Shown: positions 35,182-49,443 of the stretch, piece by piece
Layout: each line of letters begins with the position of its first letter
How positions within the stretch are numbered: position 1 is the stretch's first letter
Source: Schmidtea polychroa
Lineage: Eukaryota
Length of the DNA stretch: 64,000 nucleotides
Assembly (NCBI GenBank): GCA_044892525.1
Contig: CM097886.1
Span: forward strand, 66,340,001-66,404,000
Direction: 5' to 3'
Program-made: the position numbers and the translations under genes
The notes under the pieces: generated by a model
Databases searched by the model: none
What the model was told of the DNA's origin: nothing
Seen by the model: the letters and a program-made list of their open reading frames with translations, nothing else

Positions 35182-36387
35182 TACTTGAAATTAAATTCTA
35201 TTTAATGAGCTTATGACGTAATCAAAACTTTCATTTTTAGTACACCATTTTTGAATTTATTCATCATTTTAAACAACTTTAAATATTTTCACTCAAACAA
35301 TGTATAGATCGAATTTAATTCTCTACAAAATGTCATCATTATTTATTTCAATACTTTAAACAGCGCATTTTCCAGCCAACTTTTACATACACACACATTT
35401 CCAACATTTAAAAAAAATACATTACAAACTAAACATTTATTAAAATACCAGAGAAATTTGGGCGCTATCTACTTTCCAAAATTTTGATAAATATTTTTTT
35501 TGCCATCAGTCTTCCAACTTCTAAGTTTTTGGATCTACTTGTCAATCACAAATTCTATTCTCTATCAATAAATAAAACTAATGAATCAGTTAGCAAATGT
35601 TTTTTGAATAAAGAAATATTTTATGAACCGAGTCTTGTGATCATTAGGATATTGACTACCTCATTATTATAGTTTCCCAAATTTTTTGAAACAACTTAAA
35701 ATAACAGTTGTCATGAGAATGTTGATTTGCAATTTAGTCATACCGATATGTCTCTGCAATAGTTTTGGTATGCATACCTATGCCGGTGTCAACAAAACGT
35801 ACAGACAGCAAAATAATAATATTTGTTCCATAGGATTGTGTGATCAGTTATTTAATATCTTACTCTCGGTATTCATGAAATAAATAAAATTCTCCACCAT
35901 AACCAATAGATATTTGAATAAAACTTATATTCTAATCGATAGATAATTAATCAAACAATTTGTAAACAATCAAACTCTCGATCAATTTGCTAGTAATATT
36001 TTCATTCTACACAAGATAGTAATATACAACATTTCTATATTCAATTAACTATAGTCTGACAGATGTGTACACTGCCGGATAGATGTACACATAGCTTTTA
36101 GTGCCAGAAATACAGAACGAATGAAAAATACATTCTTCAAAATTATAAATGAGCTCACAAATTTAATTTAATTGTGTTTTGGTGCATTCTTTATTGAACT
36201 TCAACATCTGCTACAAGAAGTTTGAGATACAAACTGCTTGCTTATAGAAGATTCAATTTAGAAATAATGGATATATATATATATATGTTATTCTTCTTAT
36301 ACATACACATAAAACTAATATTTGCATTTTCAAATCAATATTAACACATCAAATATAGTGTGCAATAAAACATTACCCAAATACGAG

Positions 36388-36617
36388 ATAACCTATTTCC
36401 CAGGTGCGCAATAACCTATTTCCCAGGTGCGCAATAACCTATTTCCCAGGTGCGCAATAACCTATGTCCCAGGTGCGCAATAACCTATGTCCCAGGTGCG
36501 CAATAACCTATGTCTTAGGTGCGCAATAACCTATGTCCCAGGTGCGCAATAACCTATTTCCCAGGTGCGCAATAACCTATTTCCCAGGTGCGCAATAACC
36601 TATTTCCCAGATGCGCG
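36388..36617. repeat. Minisatellite, 10 copies of 23 bp (ATAACCTAT[T/G]TCCCAGGTGCGCA)
   Basis: Head-to-tail units every 23 bp with no spacers. Confidence 0.95.
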
Positions 36618-36912
36618 CTAAATCATCGACTCAGTTCGTGGCAACTTTATTCGCGAGATCGGGAATTTTGTGATGTTCAACGATATATCCGCGATAACTC
36701 ATAGTTGTTCAAAGTATTCATATCTACCTACTATGTGTGGTAACGTACGCCAGTATGAGGTGCTTTTCTAAATATTTAAAAAAATGACTACTATGTAACC
36801 TTTTGTCTATTTATGTTGGTTAACAGTTTTTTTGGCATATTTTTGACAATTTTTTTAAAATATAAATCCAAATGTTCAGTAATATTTACTTATAGAATAT
36901 TTAATAATTTAG

Positions 36913-37078
36913 ACAAGATCGAGAAATAATGCATTTCAAAATTTTGCAAGATGAAGTTGGTAATTATTATATATGGGCTCAAAAATTCGGTTCTATCAAT
37001 AAATTAATTGAATTTCATTACAAAAATTCCATTCACAATCGCAAATCTCTTTTGTTGCAGGATATGAAACCTTCTCGG
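36913..37078 (+). CDS. GRB2: GRB2-like adaptor, coding exon 3 (rest of SH2)
   Basis: MHFKILQDEVGNYYIWAQKFGSINKLIEFH. Phase-2 acceptor matches the end of exon 2, after a 4375-bp intron. Confidence 0.9.
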
Positions 37079-37818
37079 GTATTTTTCATTTCGTATTTGG
37101 ATTAATTTAATTAAACATGTTACATTACCAAAAGCTATAAAATAAGAAAATAAAATCCAGTCTTAATGAATGGATACCAATTTTTAGAGGTCGCGTTTAT
37201 AAAAAATGAAATCCTTTAGTGATATTTATATAACAAGAAATTATTCAATTTTCACAATTAATATCAAAGTTATCAAAATATTGATTGTCAGTGACATTTT
37301 CCAAATGACTTTATCTGTTGATATGTAATGCAGTTGTTATGATATTAAATTATGATATTTTCCCAATTAAATTTCCCCGATGTCATGTTTACTGAATTTA
37401 CATGATTTGGCCTGTTAGATCATTAAATGACTTTTGATACAAATTCATCAATTTAATATTCTGAAATGTTTTATTGTTTTTTGCACTGGAGTCGATCAAA
37501 TGTTGTTTTTTTTGTGATAGTTTAAACGAATCATTGATATTTTTATAATGGAAAATCTTCGAAAATAATTTTCTGTTAATAAAATTATTTCTAACAATTT
37601 CTGAATTCTAGAAAATAACAAATCTTATTAAAAAATATTTATTTAAAAAAATAATCATCAAATTCACTTGAAAAAGGCATTGACGAAAATTCGTGAATAT
37701 CAAAAACATCGATATATTTACTGATTTATAGTCAAGTTTTTTTATAAATGCAATGGGAAAAAAATCAGTGTTGAAATTTGAAATAAAAGTTCTTATATAT
37801 ATATATATATATATATAT

Positions 37819-38890
37819 TATTTACACAAATTGTTATAACACTGATCACATCATTCATCGAAATACAGCCCATCATTTTCAATGACTCAAATCCATCTTT
37901 CTGCCAATTACTCAATCCCGTTGCAATTTCAGTTTTGACCTTTCTCTCTTAACCAAAGCGTCTCCCTTGTAAAACGTGTGAAAGAGACCGAAACAAATGA
38001 TAGTCAAAGAGACAAGGTCTCTGGGCTTATACGCTGGGTTGGGGATGACTTCGATGCCTTGAAGTTCCTTGATTTTCTGCTTAACCTTTCGGGATGTATG
38101 AACTGGAGCTTTGTTATAATGTAGTAATTATCTGCCGCGACTTAAGAGTACTGAGTAACGAGTGTCTAAAGCAAAATGAACTTGCTGAAGTTATTCAGAA
38201 TAAAGGTTACAATCAATAGCTCGTCTATCCGGAACAAGTTCCCAGTGCACATTAGAGTTATGACCTTTGCACTTTTTTTCTCCCGTTTTTTTCATGGTGC
38301 TTTTTTATGAACTTCTTTGTGTAGATCACATTTTTTGCCGCCGGCATTAAAAAATCATAAATGGCAAAAATGTGATCTAGGCTTTTTTAGTTTTTCTAAA
38401 CAGTTTGAAGCTAATATTCCTATATACAAAAATTTAAAAACCCTAATTTGCAAGCTACATGTTACATTTAAGAAACTGTCCATTCTATGCCTTCAATTCT
38501 ATAATGGAAACAGAGTAACACTAATTCTTAATTAACTTATCTGATAAATGACTTTTAAAAATTAAAAATTAAGTTCTGATTTTAGCTGAAGAGTAAATTG
38601 AATCATATATAGGAGTCCTATATTATAGGATGTTATTTAAGTAATGTTTATTTTCCCGCTCATTCAAGTGCATTCTCATTTCTGCCCTGCACAGGTCCGT
38701 AATAATTCCACCAAACACACAATATGACTTTCTTTTCGAAGTGATCTGAAGAAACAATTGGTTGGGTTGACTGACTAGGGTTATCTTCATTAGACTTACG
38801 AAGGAAAGCCCACCTTTCGTCTCCTGTAATAATTCGCTTCCGAAAAATGCCTGTTTCTTGGGTTATCGAGTAGTTCGTTGCAAAGATCAA
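37819..38890 (-). mobile_element. Mariner (DD34D) transposase remnant, interrupted by unrelated sequence
   Basis: RIITGDERW, KKVILCVWWN, DYHLFRSLSHVLQG and ENDGLYFDE*. End abuts a TA run. Confidence 0.8.
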
Positions 38891-39450
38891 CTCAAAACTG
38901 GGATTGAATATTTGTCTAATTATGAAGAATTCAGAGTGTATTTTTATTTACATAACCCAGGTTATGCAGATGAGGAACAATGGCGTTTTGGGAATGACCG
39001 AGCTCCTCTGACAGCCTGTGGGTACTAGTACTGCTGCTCCAACCGAGCATGAAACTACTCTTTGTTCACCAATTATTGTCAAACTGAACGTTCCTGACCT
39101 TTAGGATTGGTATCCTACTGAGTTAAGCAACGAAACCACCACTGAGCTGTATTTTTCTTCAGCACATCCTTGCTTTGCAGGTGCAGATTTCTCGAGTCTT
39201 AGCTGCTGATGATAGGGTTTTGTTCCAATAATGTTCCAATAAGACACTTCAATCATTCTAAAATTTTAAAATAACTCAATGGAGTTTTGAAATTGTAGCT
39301 TTTGAAGTGTAGTTAGGTTCATCTTTTCAAGGTCTTTACAATGATACCAGATATTGCATATAAAAGTTATGTTTAAATGATCTGGTAAAACAATTACTTT
39401 AAATAACTAAAAACACATGAATAATAATTATTTTAAATATAATTCTTACA

Positions 39451-40030
39451 TATACCCGCTGTTTAAACGCTTTAACCATTCGACCTTTCTAATAATCAAC
39501 TTTCCGTATTAATTCATAATTCCTTTCATGTATCTTTTTCAACATTTTATAGGACCCAGCATATCAAAATCAGTTTTGATCATTTTACTGAAATTTTCTG
39601 CTTGTTGTTTTTGTTTCTTTATTGTGTATATTTCTGTTTTTCTTACATTTCTTCTAAAATCTTATTTCTCTCTATTTATTGGTAAAAGGTAAACTCAATC
39701 TCAGGCAATACCCCAACCCGATTCTTTTTTAACTTATTAAAACGATGTGATAATTAAAACTCTAATTGATTGATCCATATGGACTGGAAAATTGGAAACG
39801 AATTTTATGGTTTCTTACTAACTCTTTAATTAGACCGGATTCCAAGGTTTCCAACAGTCTACTTGTATTATTCGAAGTGCTCCATATTTTATAATCTATC
39901 TGCTGTTGTTTTTTGCACATATCAATAATTCTAAGAATGTTTTTTTAATATTCTTAGTGGCTCATAACAATCAATTGGATTAACTTCAAACGGCTGTACT
40001 ACCTTTTTTATTCTTACGATCTTCGGAAAT
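39451..40030 (-). mobile_element. Ty3/gypsy integrase 3' remnant, probably followed by an LTR starting TGTAAG at 39450
   Basis: Frameshifted KYGALRIIQVDC, HKIRFQFSSPY, LPEIEFT and GSYKMLKKIHERNYEL..RKVEWLKR. Confidence 0.6.
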
Positions 40031-41655
40031 TTATATATAATTTTAATAATATTTCATTTATTTTCATTTTGACAAAAGACCAAAAAATGTGTGTTGCCTA
40101 GAATTAGCAGAATGAAAATAAATACCATCAAAGGTGACATTTAAAAAAAATACTGATTATATATAATTTATTCGGCCTTCAACATTTGTAAGGTAAAGCA
40201 AGAATTAATTAATTATATTTTTCTAGTTATAGTAACAAGTTACATTAAAAATTATTTAAATGATTTGAAAATGAGGTAAAATTAGTTATTATAATCGAAT
40301 TTGTATATTACAATTACATTTTCAATAGTATTTTTATTATTAGAATAAAGGAATTAAGAGATTGTAATTTATTTCACAAATAAATTTTAAGTCCTTTAAG
40401 TTAAAATATGAGATGTTTGTTCCCTGAGTAATGTTCTCTAAATTACGCGGTTTGTTAATATTACCTGCAAACTTTCAAATTCGGACACTCTTCGTTTAAC
40501 AATTAGTAAATTAATTCATATGATCTAAACTGATTGGCGGAAATGTTAATTCAATCATAACTTTTTCGTTAGTTTGAAATAGTCACTCTAGATTCTTGAG
40601 TTTTATCTTTTCTCTAGTAATTTAACGGTGGATGTATAAAGTTGACAAAATGTGAAATTGATTTAAAGCCAAAGCCCCATGTGATGACTTTATCATTAGA
40701 AAAATAATACAACTATTAAATGTGAACATTGTGATATGTCAGCATTGCATGTTAATGAATTATATTGTCAAATATATGAAGATTTGTAATATTCATATAT
40801 TATTGTTAAAATTCGTATAATTTATATAACACAAAATTTTAAAGTTCTGTATGTAACCGTCATGTCATCATACAATCCTTGTTGTTGAAAGCAAGTTCGT
40901 AANNNNNNNNNNNNNNNNNNNNNNNNNNNNNNNNNNNNNNNNNNNNNNNNNNNNNNNNNNNNNNNNNNNNNNNNNNNNNNNNNNNNNNNNNNNNNNNNNN
41001 NNNNNNNNNNNNNNNNNNNNNNNNNNNNNNNNNNNNNNNNNNNNNNNNNNTTACATTAACATCACATAATCCAAAAACCAAATATAACACAGTTTGCACA
41101 ATTGCATGAAGCTGGTGTGTTTTTTTTGTTGTGTTACTCATTTCAAGGTACCGTTCGTTTCATTAAATAAGATATTTTACATATATATTTAAGATATATC
41201 ATATCTGTGTTAATTATTTTAAATTTCAGTTTGAGTAATATTGATGAATCATGTGTGATTTATAATCATTTTCAACCGTATTCATATTTTGCACAGTAAA
41301 AATCATTTTTATTTACATTGAAATAGATACTTTCATTTATGTAAATCAATTTTCTTACAACAATACTTTAAAATATGCGTATATATTCAACTCTAATTTT
41401 ATTTGTTTTATGCAAAGATGTAATTTGAGCTAGTTATTAATTTTGTTTTTTTTCATTTTATATATAAATAATTCTATAATTTTATATCATAAATAATTCG
41501 TGAAACTAATTTATTACACCTATGAGAGGTGGCCCAGCATGTTATATTTCGCAAATCTACAATTATATGAATTATTTATCAAATTAATTTGTGTGAAAAG
41601 TTATTGATAAGTTATAGCCTAGATCATTCTAAAGTTCATTATAAATTCAACTACG

Positions 41656-41656
<1 letters not shown>

Positions 41657-41721
<65 letters not shown>
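41657..41721. repeat. (TA)n microsatellite
   Basis: Uninterrupted TA run. Confidence 0.95.
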
Positions 41722-41723
<2 letters not shown>

Positions 41724-42197
41724 AATGATTGAAAATTATATGTTATGGCATTTGTATTATTTTGAATTATTTAAGAATATTGTATTAAATAATTCAAAAA
41801 TTCATTAATCGTTTATTTGTGTCAATTAAAACCGTTTTAAATATGGATTAATCGACTGTTTTTTATTTCGATTCCGATTACGATTATCAATTAAAAACAT
41901 TTACCATGATCCAAATAATTATGTTATATTTAGTGGAAATATACATTAAACAATATTATTAAAAAGAGAGTTTGAAGACTATAAATCCGTGAGTATTAAC
42001 AAACATCGATATATTACTGATTTATAGTTTTCAAACTCTCTTTTTAATAAATTCAATGGAAAAAATAATCAGTGGTGAAATTGGAAGAAAAAAGTTCTTA
42101 TAATAAACAATATTAACCTGAATTACAAAATTTTAAGTTTATTTAAAAAATAAATCGTTTAATGTTCGATATTTATCAAAATAACTATATTATAAAT

Positions 42198-43049
42198 CAG
42201 TGTTGTCCAAACTGTGTGCCGCGGCACATTGGTGTGCCATCGCGGGTGCCCAGGTGTGCCGTGAAATTTTTTTTTAAAAAAGTCAAAAAAACCGTTTTTC
42301 CAAACAACTTAATAAAAGGAAATTGAATTGTGGATATTTTAACAGTTATTTCAAATTTAAATTTTAATCAGTCAATTAAGTGCGAAATTTATTTGTTTAC
42401 AATCATATTTATATTTCTTACTAGAAATATTGACTATCTAAAATACGTAAGCAGCTTAATTATGTTTATTTAGAATCTTAAATATTAAATAATAATAATT
42501 TTTAGTGTAACCACGAAGAGATTTTTAGTTCAAACAAGTAATAACGCAGGACTTATGAAGACAGCAAAAAAACGCAAATATGATGATTACATTAAATATG
42601 GTTTCATAGCATCTGAAAAGGATGATTCAATTCCAAAATGCATAGTATGTTTTAGTACTCTTGCAAATGAGTCCATGGTCCCAAGCAAACTTGAATGACA
42701 TCTCCAACAAAAACATCCAGAATTAAAAGAACGTATGGTTAACATTGATCAAGAATTAAGAGTTTGTTTGTCAAAAATTCCACCACGATTGGAACTTATT
42801 TGTTCGGAACATCAAGCACATAAATCTCATTAACTATATTTTATGAATTTTTCATTCACTAATTTTTCTAAATTTAAAATTTTTTATATTAAATTTATTT
42901 CAAGTAAATAAGTTTTTCATTTCTTATTAAAACATTAATAAAAGTGCAATAAAAAAATTGCAAATAAAGCAAAAAAAAATTTAGGTGTGCCGCGAAAATT
43001 TTTAATTCAGTCAAATGTGCCGTGGCTCAAAAAAGTTTGGACAACACTG
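42198..43049 (+). mobile_element. Non-autonomous hAT (Buster/Charlie-type) element
   Basis: Perfect 15-bp TIR CAGTGTTGTCCAAAC and 8-bp TSD TTATAAAT. BED-finger N-terminus (KYGF..PKCIVC..LANESMVPSKL) fused to the C-terminus (QAHKSH*). Confidence 0.95.
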
Positions 43050-43371
43050 TTATAAATACAAACAATCTAATTTTGGAATGGAAAAGAACTAAATTCGTAC
43101 ACGTGAATAATACTTTCGTTTTGATTATTTCAGTACGATAAAAATAAATTATGTAAATATATCTTTTTTTCTTGACTATTCATTCAAATTTCATATTAAA
43201 GATAAAATATACATGATATAAGTATCCGGTATTATAAATCCACCACGAAATTACGAAAAAATCTTTTCATGAAATCCACTAAATACGTAGTGAAAATTTA
43301 TTAAAAAAAATCCTAATCGGTTAACATATTTGATTTAAATAAGAATTTGTATTTTTGAAATTTAATTTCGG

Positions 43372-45568
43372 AAAAAATATAATTTAAATAAAAGATCTCG
43401 TCTATTAAATTTTCGTATGTAATATAACCACAATTAAACTCACTGATGAGCTTAATCAAGCAGAAAATATTAAAATAATAATTGCACATTCAGAATAATT
43501 TGCTAATCCCTAAAAACTCAAGTTAAGTCCATATAAAATTTTTAATCTTTAAATGCTTTTTTCGCTATAATAATGTTAAAATGAATTGCCAATTTCTTGA
43601 CGACCTCCTATAAAAGAGGGAATGTATGCTGTCATTATTTCCAATACACAATTGGATCAGTCGACGGATTCATGCGTGGTTGATGAGCTTCTACAAAATA
43701 TTTCCAAATCTCGTCCTTGCATTTTATTTCAATGGATTATAGTGATTGATTTTCTTCTCTTTCATTTACTTTGAAAATTTTATCGTAGTATGAATCCAAA
43801 ATCGCCACTGATTTTTTTTCCACTGATTTCGCTGTCGCTAGATGGTGAGGTTACGTCATGGTTTGTATTGTTCGTTTTTGTAACTACTTCGGTCATTTCT
43901 TTAATTAACAAGTGCTTCGCATTTTCTTGTATCTCTGGTTTGAATGATGTAATTTTATACGTGAGGTCAAGAATTGTCGGAATAATATATTGTTTATTTA
44001 AAAGAATATCATAAAATCGATCAGATAGTTCATTAAGCATTGTAGAACGCATTATCTGTATACCCAAATCACCATTAAGATTGACAGGCTTATCTAATGT
44101 TGCCTGAAGAACTAACGGGGCTGAGAATAATCATGGCAGCTGTTACAGTAAATAAACTAGCATTCTTTGTTTCCTGTTCGAATGGACGTAGGGTATTCAA
44201 TAATTTCTCAATCAAACATCATTCGATATCCTTAAGATTTTTTACGTCTGTATGTTCTTGACAATACATTGCTAGTGATCTCTTCTCGAATATAATAAGT
44301 CGAGTTCCAACTCGTGGGTACATCCTGGACCAACCGATGAGGTAGGAATCCATGATCATCCGGATGCAAAGATTTCTGTATTTTTTCGAGTTATTCCGTA
44401 GCCAGAGTAGTATGATGAAAATGACCGACCTATATTCGCGCAGTACTTATAGAGTCAACCACCTCTTACTGAGGTTTAAGACTATGAACTACTACAAGTT
44501 ATATTGAATGGATAAAACAATCCAAATGACTTAATCCGGTTATTTTAGATGCTTTGATCATATTAGGACCAGTATCACGCACAAGAACACCACGCTTGTC
44601 TTCGAATATGGTCCATGCATTTAAAATATCCACTATAAACGACACAGGATAATTTCCAGCATGACTGGATGTATAACACAATCTGTCTGCGATTCCACTC
44701 ATTATCAACCCAATGCGCTGTAAGAGATAAATAGGTGGTCAAAGTATTGCTGCTTGTCCACACATCACGTGTAAAACTGATTTATGATGCTTTGTTCACC
44801 AAAATTTGAATTTTAGTTCTAACTGCTTCGAACATGTTAGGAATGAAAGTTCGTGAAAATGTATGCCTGGTTGGTATTACATATCAAGGTTCGAGATACT
44901 GTACTAGTCTTTTAAATCCAACATTCTCCACCATTTTAAAGGGAAGAATATCAACTCACATCATCTCTGTAATCTTTTTTGTAAAAGACAATTGTTGTAT
45001 TCATATGGTAAAATTTTCTCAATGCAGGTTTCGATAGTCTGCACCTTTCGGTTTCTTCGAGGCTGTGTGTATCCTTTTTTCTTACGCCTGTAATTTGATT
45101 TCAGCATAATCTATGCATTTTCTTCCAGGAATTCAAAGAATTAAGAGGTGCTAGGCCATTATAAGCAATTTCTTTGGTCCAGAATTGCTGAAAATAATCT
45201 GCAAGGAGGAATACTTTCAATTCTAGATAGATTAACAAGTATTCTAACATATTCTTGTAATTTTGCTGCGTCCAAATTTCTTGAGGCAGGATGTTTTGCA
45301 CGAAGGTGATAGATGTGGTTGTTAGCACTGAATGACCGAGATTCATTGCAACCCCGTTTTAATTTATTGTTGCAAATTAAACAAATTTGCCTAGGTTTGA
45401 TCGATTGAATTGATTTTGAAGAACTCCCAGATTTTACTTCTTGGTTGCGACATTTGATAAATGACTCTTTTATTTTTAAACTGAATTAGTGATATTTTAA
45501 ACTATGTATTATATATAACTATTGATTTCTTCATAAAAAATTACGATTAAAATATTGAATGTTATTTC
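43372..45568 (-). mobile_element. Degenerate Ac-like hAT transposase region, copy 1
   Basis: DVWTS..YLSLTAHW, RDTGPNM, CFIHSI and PTSWNSTYY, across stops and frameshifts. Confidence 0.85.
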
Positions 45569-46412
45569 AATGACTCAAATCCATCTTTCTGCCAATTACT
45601 CAATCCCGTTGCAATTTCAGTTTTGACCTTTCTCTCTTAACCAAAGCGTCTCCCTTGTAAAACGTGTGAAAGAGACCGAAACAAATGATAGTCAAAGAGA
45701 CAAGGTCTCTGGGCTTATACGCTGGGTTGGGGATGACTTCGATGCCTTGAAGTTCCTTGATTTTCTGCTTAACCTTTCGGGATGTATGAACTGGAGCTTT
45801 GTTATAATGTAGTAATTATCTGCCGCGACTTAAGAGTACTGAGTAACGAGTGTCTAAAGCAAAATGAACTTGCTGAAGTTATTCAGAATAAAGGTTACAA
45901 TCAATAGCTCGTCTATCCGGAACAAGTTCCCAGTGCACATTAGAGTTATGACCTTTGCACTTTTTTTCTCCCGTTTTTTTCATGGTGCTTTTTTATGAAC
46001 TTTTTTGTGTAGATCACATTTTTTGCCGCCGGCATTAAAAAATCATAAATGGCAAAAATGTGATCTAGGCTTTTTTAGTTTTTCTAAACAGTTTGAAGCT
46101 AATATTCCTATATACAAAAATTTAAAAACCCTAATTTGCAAGCTACATGTTACATTTAAGAAACTGTCCATTCTATGCCTTCAATTCTATAATGGAAACA
46201 GAGTAACACTAATTCTTAATTAACTTATCTGATAAATGACTTTTAAAAATTAAAAATTAAGTTCTGATTTTAGCTGAAGAGTAAATTGAATCATATATAG
46301 GAGTCCTATATTATAGGATGTTATTTAAGTAATGTTTATTTTCCCGCTCATTCAAGTGCATTCTCATTTCTGCCCTGCACAGGTCCGTAATAATTCCACC
46401 AAACACACAATA
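45565..46412. repeat. Near-identical copy of 37877-38724
   Basis: Offset 7688 bp. Only one substitution noticed. Confidence 0.95.
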
Positions 46413-48608
46413 AAAAATATAATTTAAATAAAAGATCTCGTCTATTAAATTTTCGTATGTAATATAACCACAATTAAACTCACTGATGAGCTTAATCAAG
46501 CAGAAAATATTAAAATAATAATTGCACATTCAGAATAATTTGCTAATCCCTAAAAACTCAAGTTAAGTCCATATAAAATTTTTAATCTTTAAATGCTTTT
46601 TTCGCTATAATAATGTTAAAATGAATTGCCAATTTCTTGACGACCTCCTATAAAAGAGGGAATGTATGCTGTCATTATTTCCAATACACAATTGGATCAG
46701 TCGACGGATTCATGCGTGGTTGATGAGCTTCTACAAAATATTTCCAAATCTCGTCCTTGCATTTTATTTCAATGGATTATAGTGATTGATTTTCTTCTCT
46801 TTCATTTACTTTGAAAATTTTATCGTAGTATGAATCCAAAATCGCCACTGATTTTTTTTCCACTGATTTCGCTGTCGCTAGATGGTGAGGTTACGTCATG
46901 GTTTGTATTGTTCGTTTTTGTAACTACTTCGGTCATTTCTTTAATTAACAAGTGCTTCGCATTTTCTTGTATCTCTGGTTTGAATGATGTAATTTTATAC
47001 GTGAGGTCAAGAATTGTCGGAATAATATATTGTTTATTTAAAAGAATATCATAAAATCGATCAGATAGTTCATTAAGCATTGTAGAACGCATTATCTGTA
47101 TACCCAAATCACCATTAAGATTGACAGGCTTATCTAATGTTGCCTGAAGAACTAACGGGGCTGAGAATAATCATGGCAGCTGTTACAGTAAATAAACTAG
47201 CATTCTTTGTTTCCTGTTCGAATGGACGTAGGGTATTCAATAATTTCTCAATCAAACATCATTCGATATCCTTAAGATTTTTTACGTCTGTATGTTCTTG
47301 ACAATACATTGCTAGTGATCTCTTCTCGAATATAATAAGTCGAGTTCCAACTCGTGGGTACATCCTGGACCAACCGATGAGGTAGGAATCCATGATCATC
47401 CGGATGCAAAGATTTCTGTATTTTTTCGAGTTATTCCGTAGCCAGAGTAGTATGATGAAAATGACCGACCTATATTCGCGCAGTACTTATAGAGTCAACC
47501 ACCTCTTACTGAGGTTTAAGACTATGAACTACTACAAGTTATATTGAATGGATAAAACAATCCAAATGACTTAATCCGGTTATTTTAGATGCTTTGATCA
47601 TATTAGGACCAGTATCACGCACAAGAACACCACGCTTGTCTTCGAATATGGTCCATGCATTTAAAATATCCACTATAAACGACACAGGATAATTTCCAGC
47701 ATGACTGGATGTATAACACAATCTGTCTGCGATTCCACTCATTATCAACCCAATGCGCTGTAAGAGATAAATAGGTGGTCAAAGTATTGCTGCTTGTCCA
47801 CACATCACGTGTAAAACTGATTTATGATGCTTTGTTCACCAAAATTTGAATTTTAGTTCTAACTGCTTCGAACATGTTAGGAATGAAAGTTCGTGAAAAT
47901 GTATGCCTGGTTGGTATTACATATCAAGGTTCGAGATACTGTACTAGTCTTTTAAATCCAACATTCTCCACCATTTTAAAGGGAAGAATATCAACTCACA
48001 TCATCTCTGTAATCTTTTTTGTAAAAGACAATTGTTGTATTCATATGGTAAAATTTTCTCAATGCAGGTTTCGATAGTCTGCACCTTTCGGTTTCTTCGA
48101 GGCTGTGTGTATCCTTTTTTCTTACGCCTGTAATTTGATTTCAGCATAATCTATGCATTTTCTTCCAGGAATTCAAAGAATTAAGAGGTGCTAGGCCATT
48201 ATAAGCAATTTCTTTGGTCCAGAATTGCTGAAAATAATCTGCAAGGAGGAATACTTTCAATTCTAGATAGATTAACAAGTATTCTAACATATTCTTGTAA
48301 TTTTGCTGCGTCCAAATTTCTTGAGGCAGGATGTTTTGCACGAAGGTGATAGATGTGGTTGTTAGCACTGAATGACCGAGATTCATTGCAACCCCGTTTT
48401 AATTTATTGTTGCAAATTAAACAAATTTGCCTAGGTTTGATCGATTGAATTGATTTTGAAGAACTCCCAGATTTTACTTCTTGGTTGCGACATTTGATAA
48501 ATGACTCTTTTATTTTTAAACTGAATTAGTGATATTTTAAACTATGTATTATATATAACTATTGATTTCTTCATAAAAAATTACGATTAAAATATTGAAT
48601 GTTATTTC
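46412..48608 (-). mobile_element. Degenerate Ac-like hAT transposase region, copy 2
   Basis: Apparently identical to 43372-45568 at offset 3040 bp. Confidence 0.9.
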
Positions 48609-48879
48609 TGATAACTTACTTCGAGCACACTCAATTTACTGAAAAAATATTAATATCCTCGCAAGATGCCCAAAACAATTCAAATGCATTTATGGTTTTT
48701 GTTTCAATCGGGTCAATTTCGTAATTTTAAAACTCAATTTCGTAATTTAAATTTTTGAAAGGTCATTTTCGTATATTGAAAGATCAAATTCGTAATAAAA
48801 AAATACAAGCATGTAAATGTTTTATTTGGGAAAAAAATAAATATATTAATACATAATAAATTAATAAATAATTTAAACA

Positions 48880-49232
48880 CTCAATTAGAAGGCAGATTTT
48901 CCATTGCAACTCGTAATTCACGTTTCGTGTGCCTATAATAACCGCCACAACCTTCTACAGTTATACTGTTCCATGTAATGTAATTCTATCTTTGAATTCT
49001 TAAGAGAACGAGATCTGGAAAATGTATTATGATTATGGATAACGTGGCATTTCACAGATGTACGTCAATAAGAACATTATTAGAAGCTAATGAGCATCAA
49101 GTGGTTTATTTACCACCATATTCCCCTTCATTAAATCCCATTGAGGAATCGTTTTCTAAATGGAAAAATGTTGTGAGAAGAGCTAGCTATGCTAATGTTG
49201 AAGATCTCATGGTGGCTTTTGAGGATGGATAA
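48880..49232 (+). mobile_element. Tc1/IS630-like (DDE_3) transposase fragments
   Basis: MDNVAFH..VVYLPPYSPSLNPIEESFSKWK (49029-49232, +). A C-terminal-like piece ITVEGCGGYYRH lies on the minus strand just upstream. Confidence 0.85.
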
Positions 49233-49443
49233 GAATATAACTTTAGGACAATATCTATGATTTTATATAAATATTCGTTGCTTAAACATGTATAGATTAA
49301 TGCATTGGAGTACTATAACTTAAGTTGTTACCATGAATTCGATGGTTTTTTACAAAACCAGATTCCATATAAAAACCCTTTGAAACGTATTCTTGCTCTT
49401 ACATTAAGTGATAATTTTGATTTTTTTTGTTATCGGTAATATA

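Noticed and set aside
36388-36617. CRISPR-like array
   Set aside because: Repeats are contiguous with no unique spacers, and the context is eukaryotic.
43443-43483. Hammerhead-like CTGATGA-GCTT/AAGC-A-GAAA with palindromic AATATT (duplicated at 46483)
   Set aside because: There is an extra A between stem II and GAAA, and no pairing at the base of stem I. At best a decayed motif.
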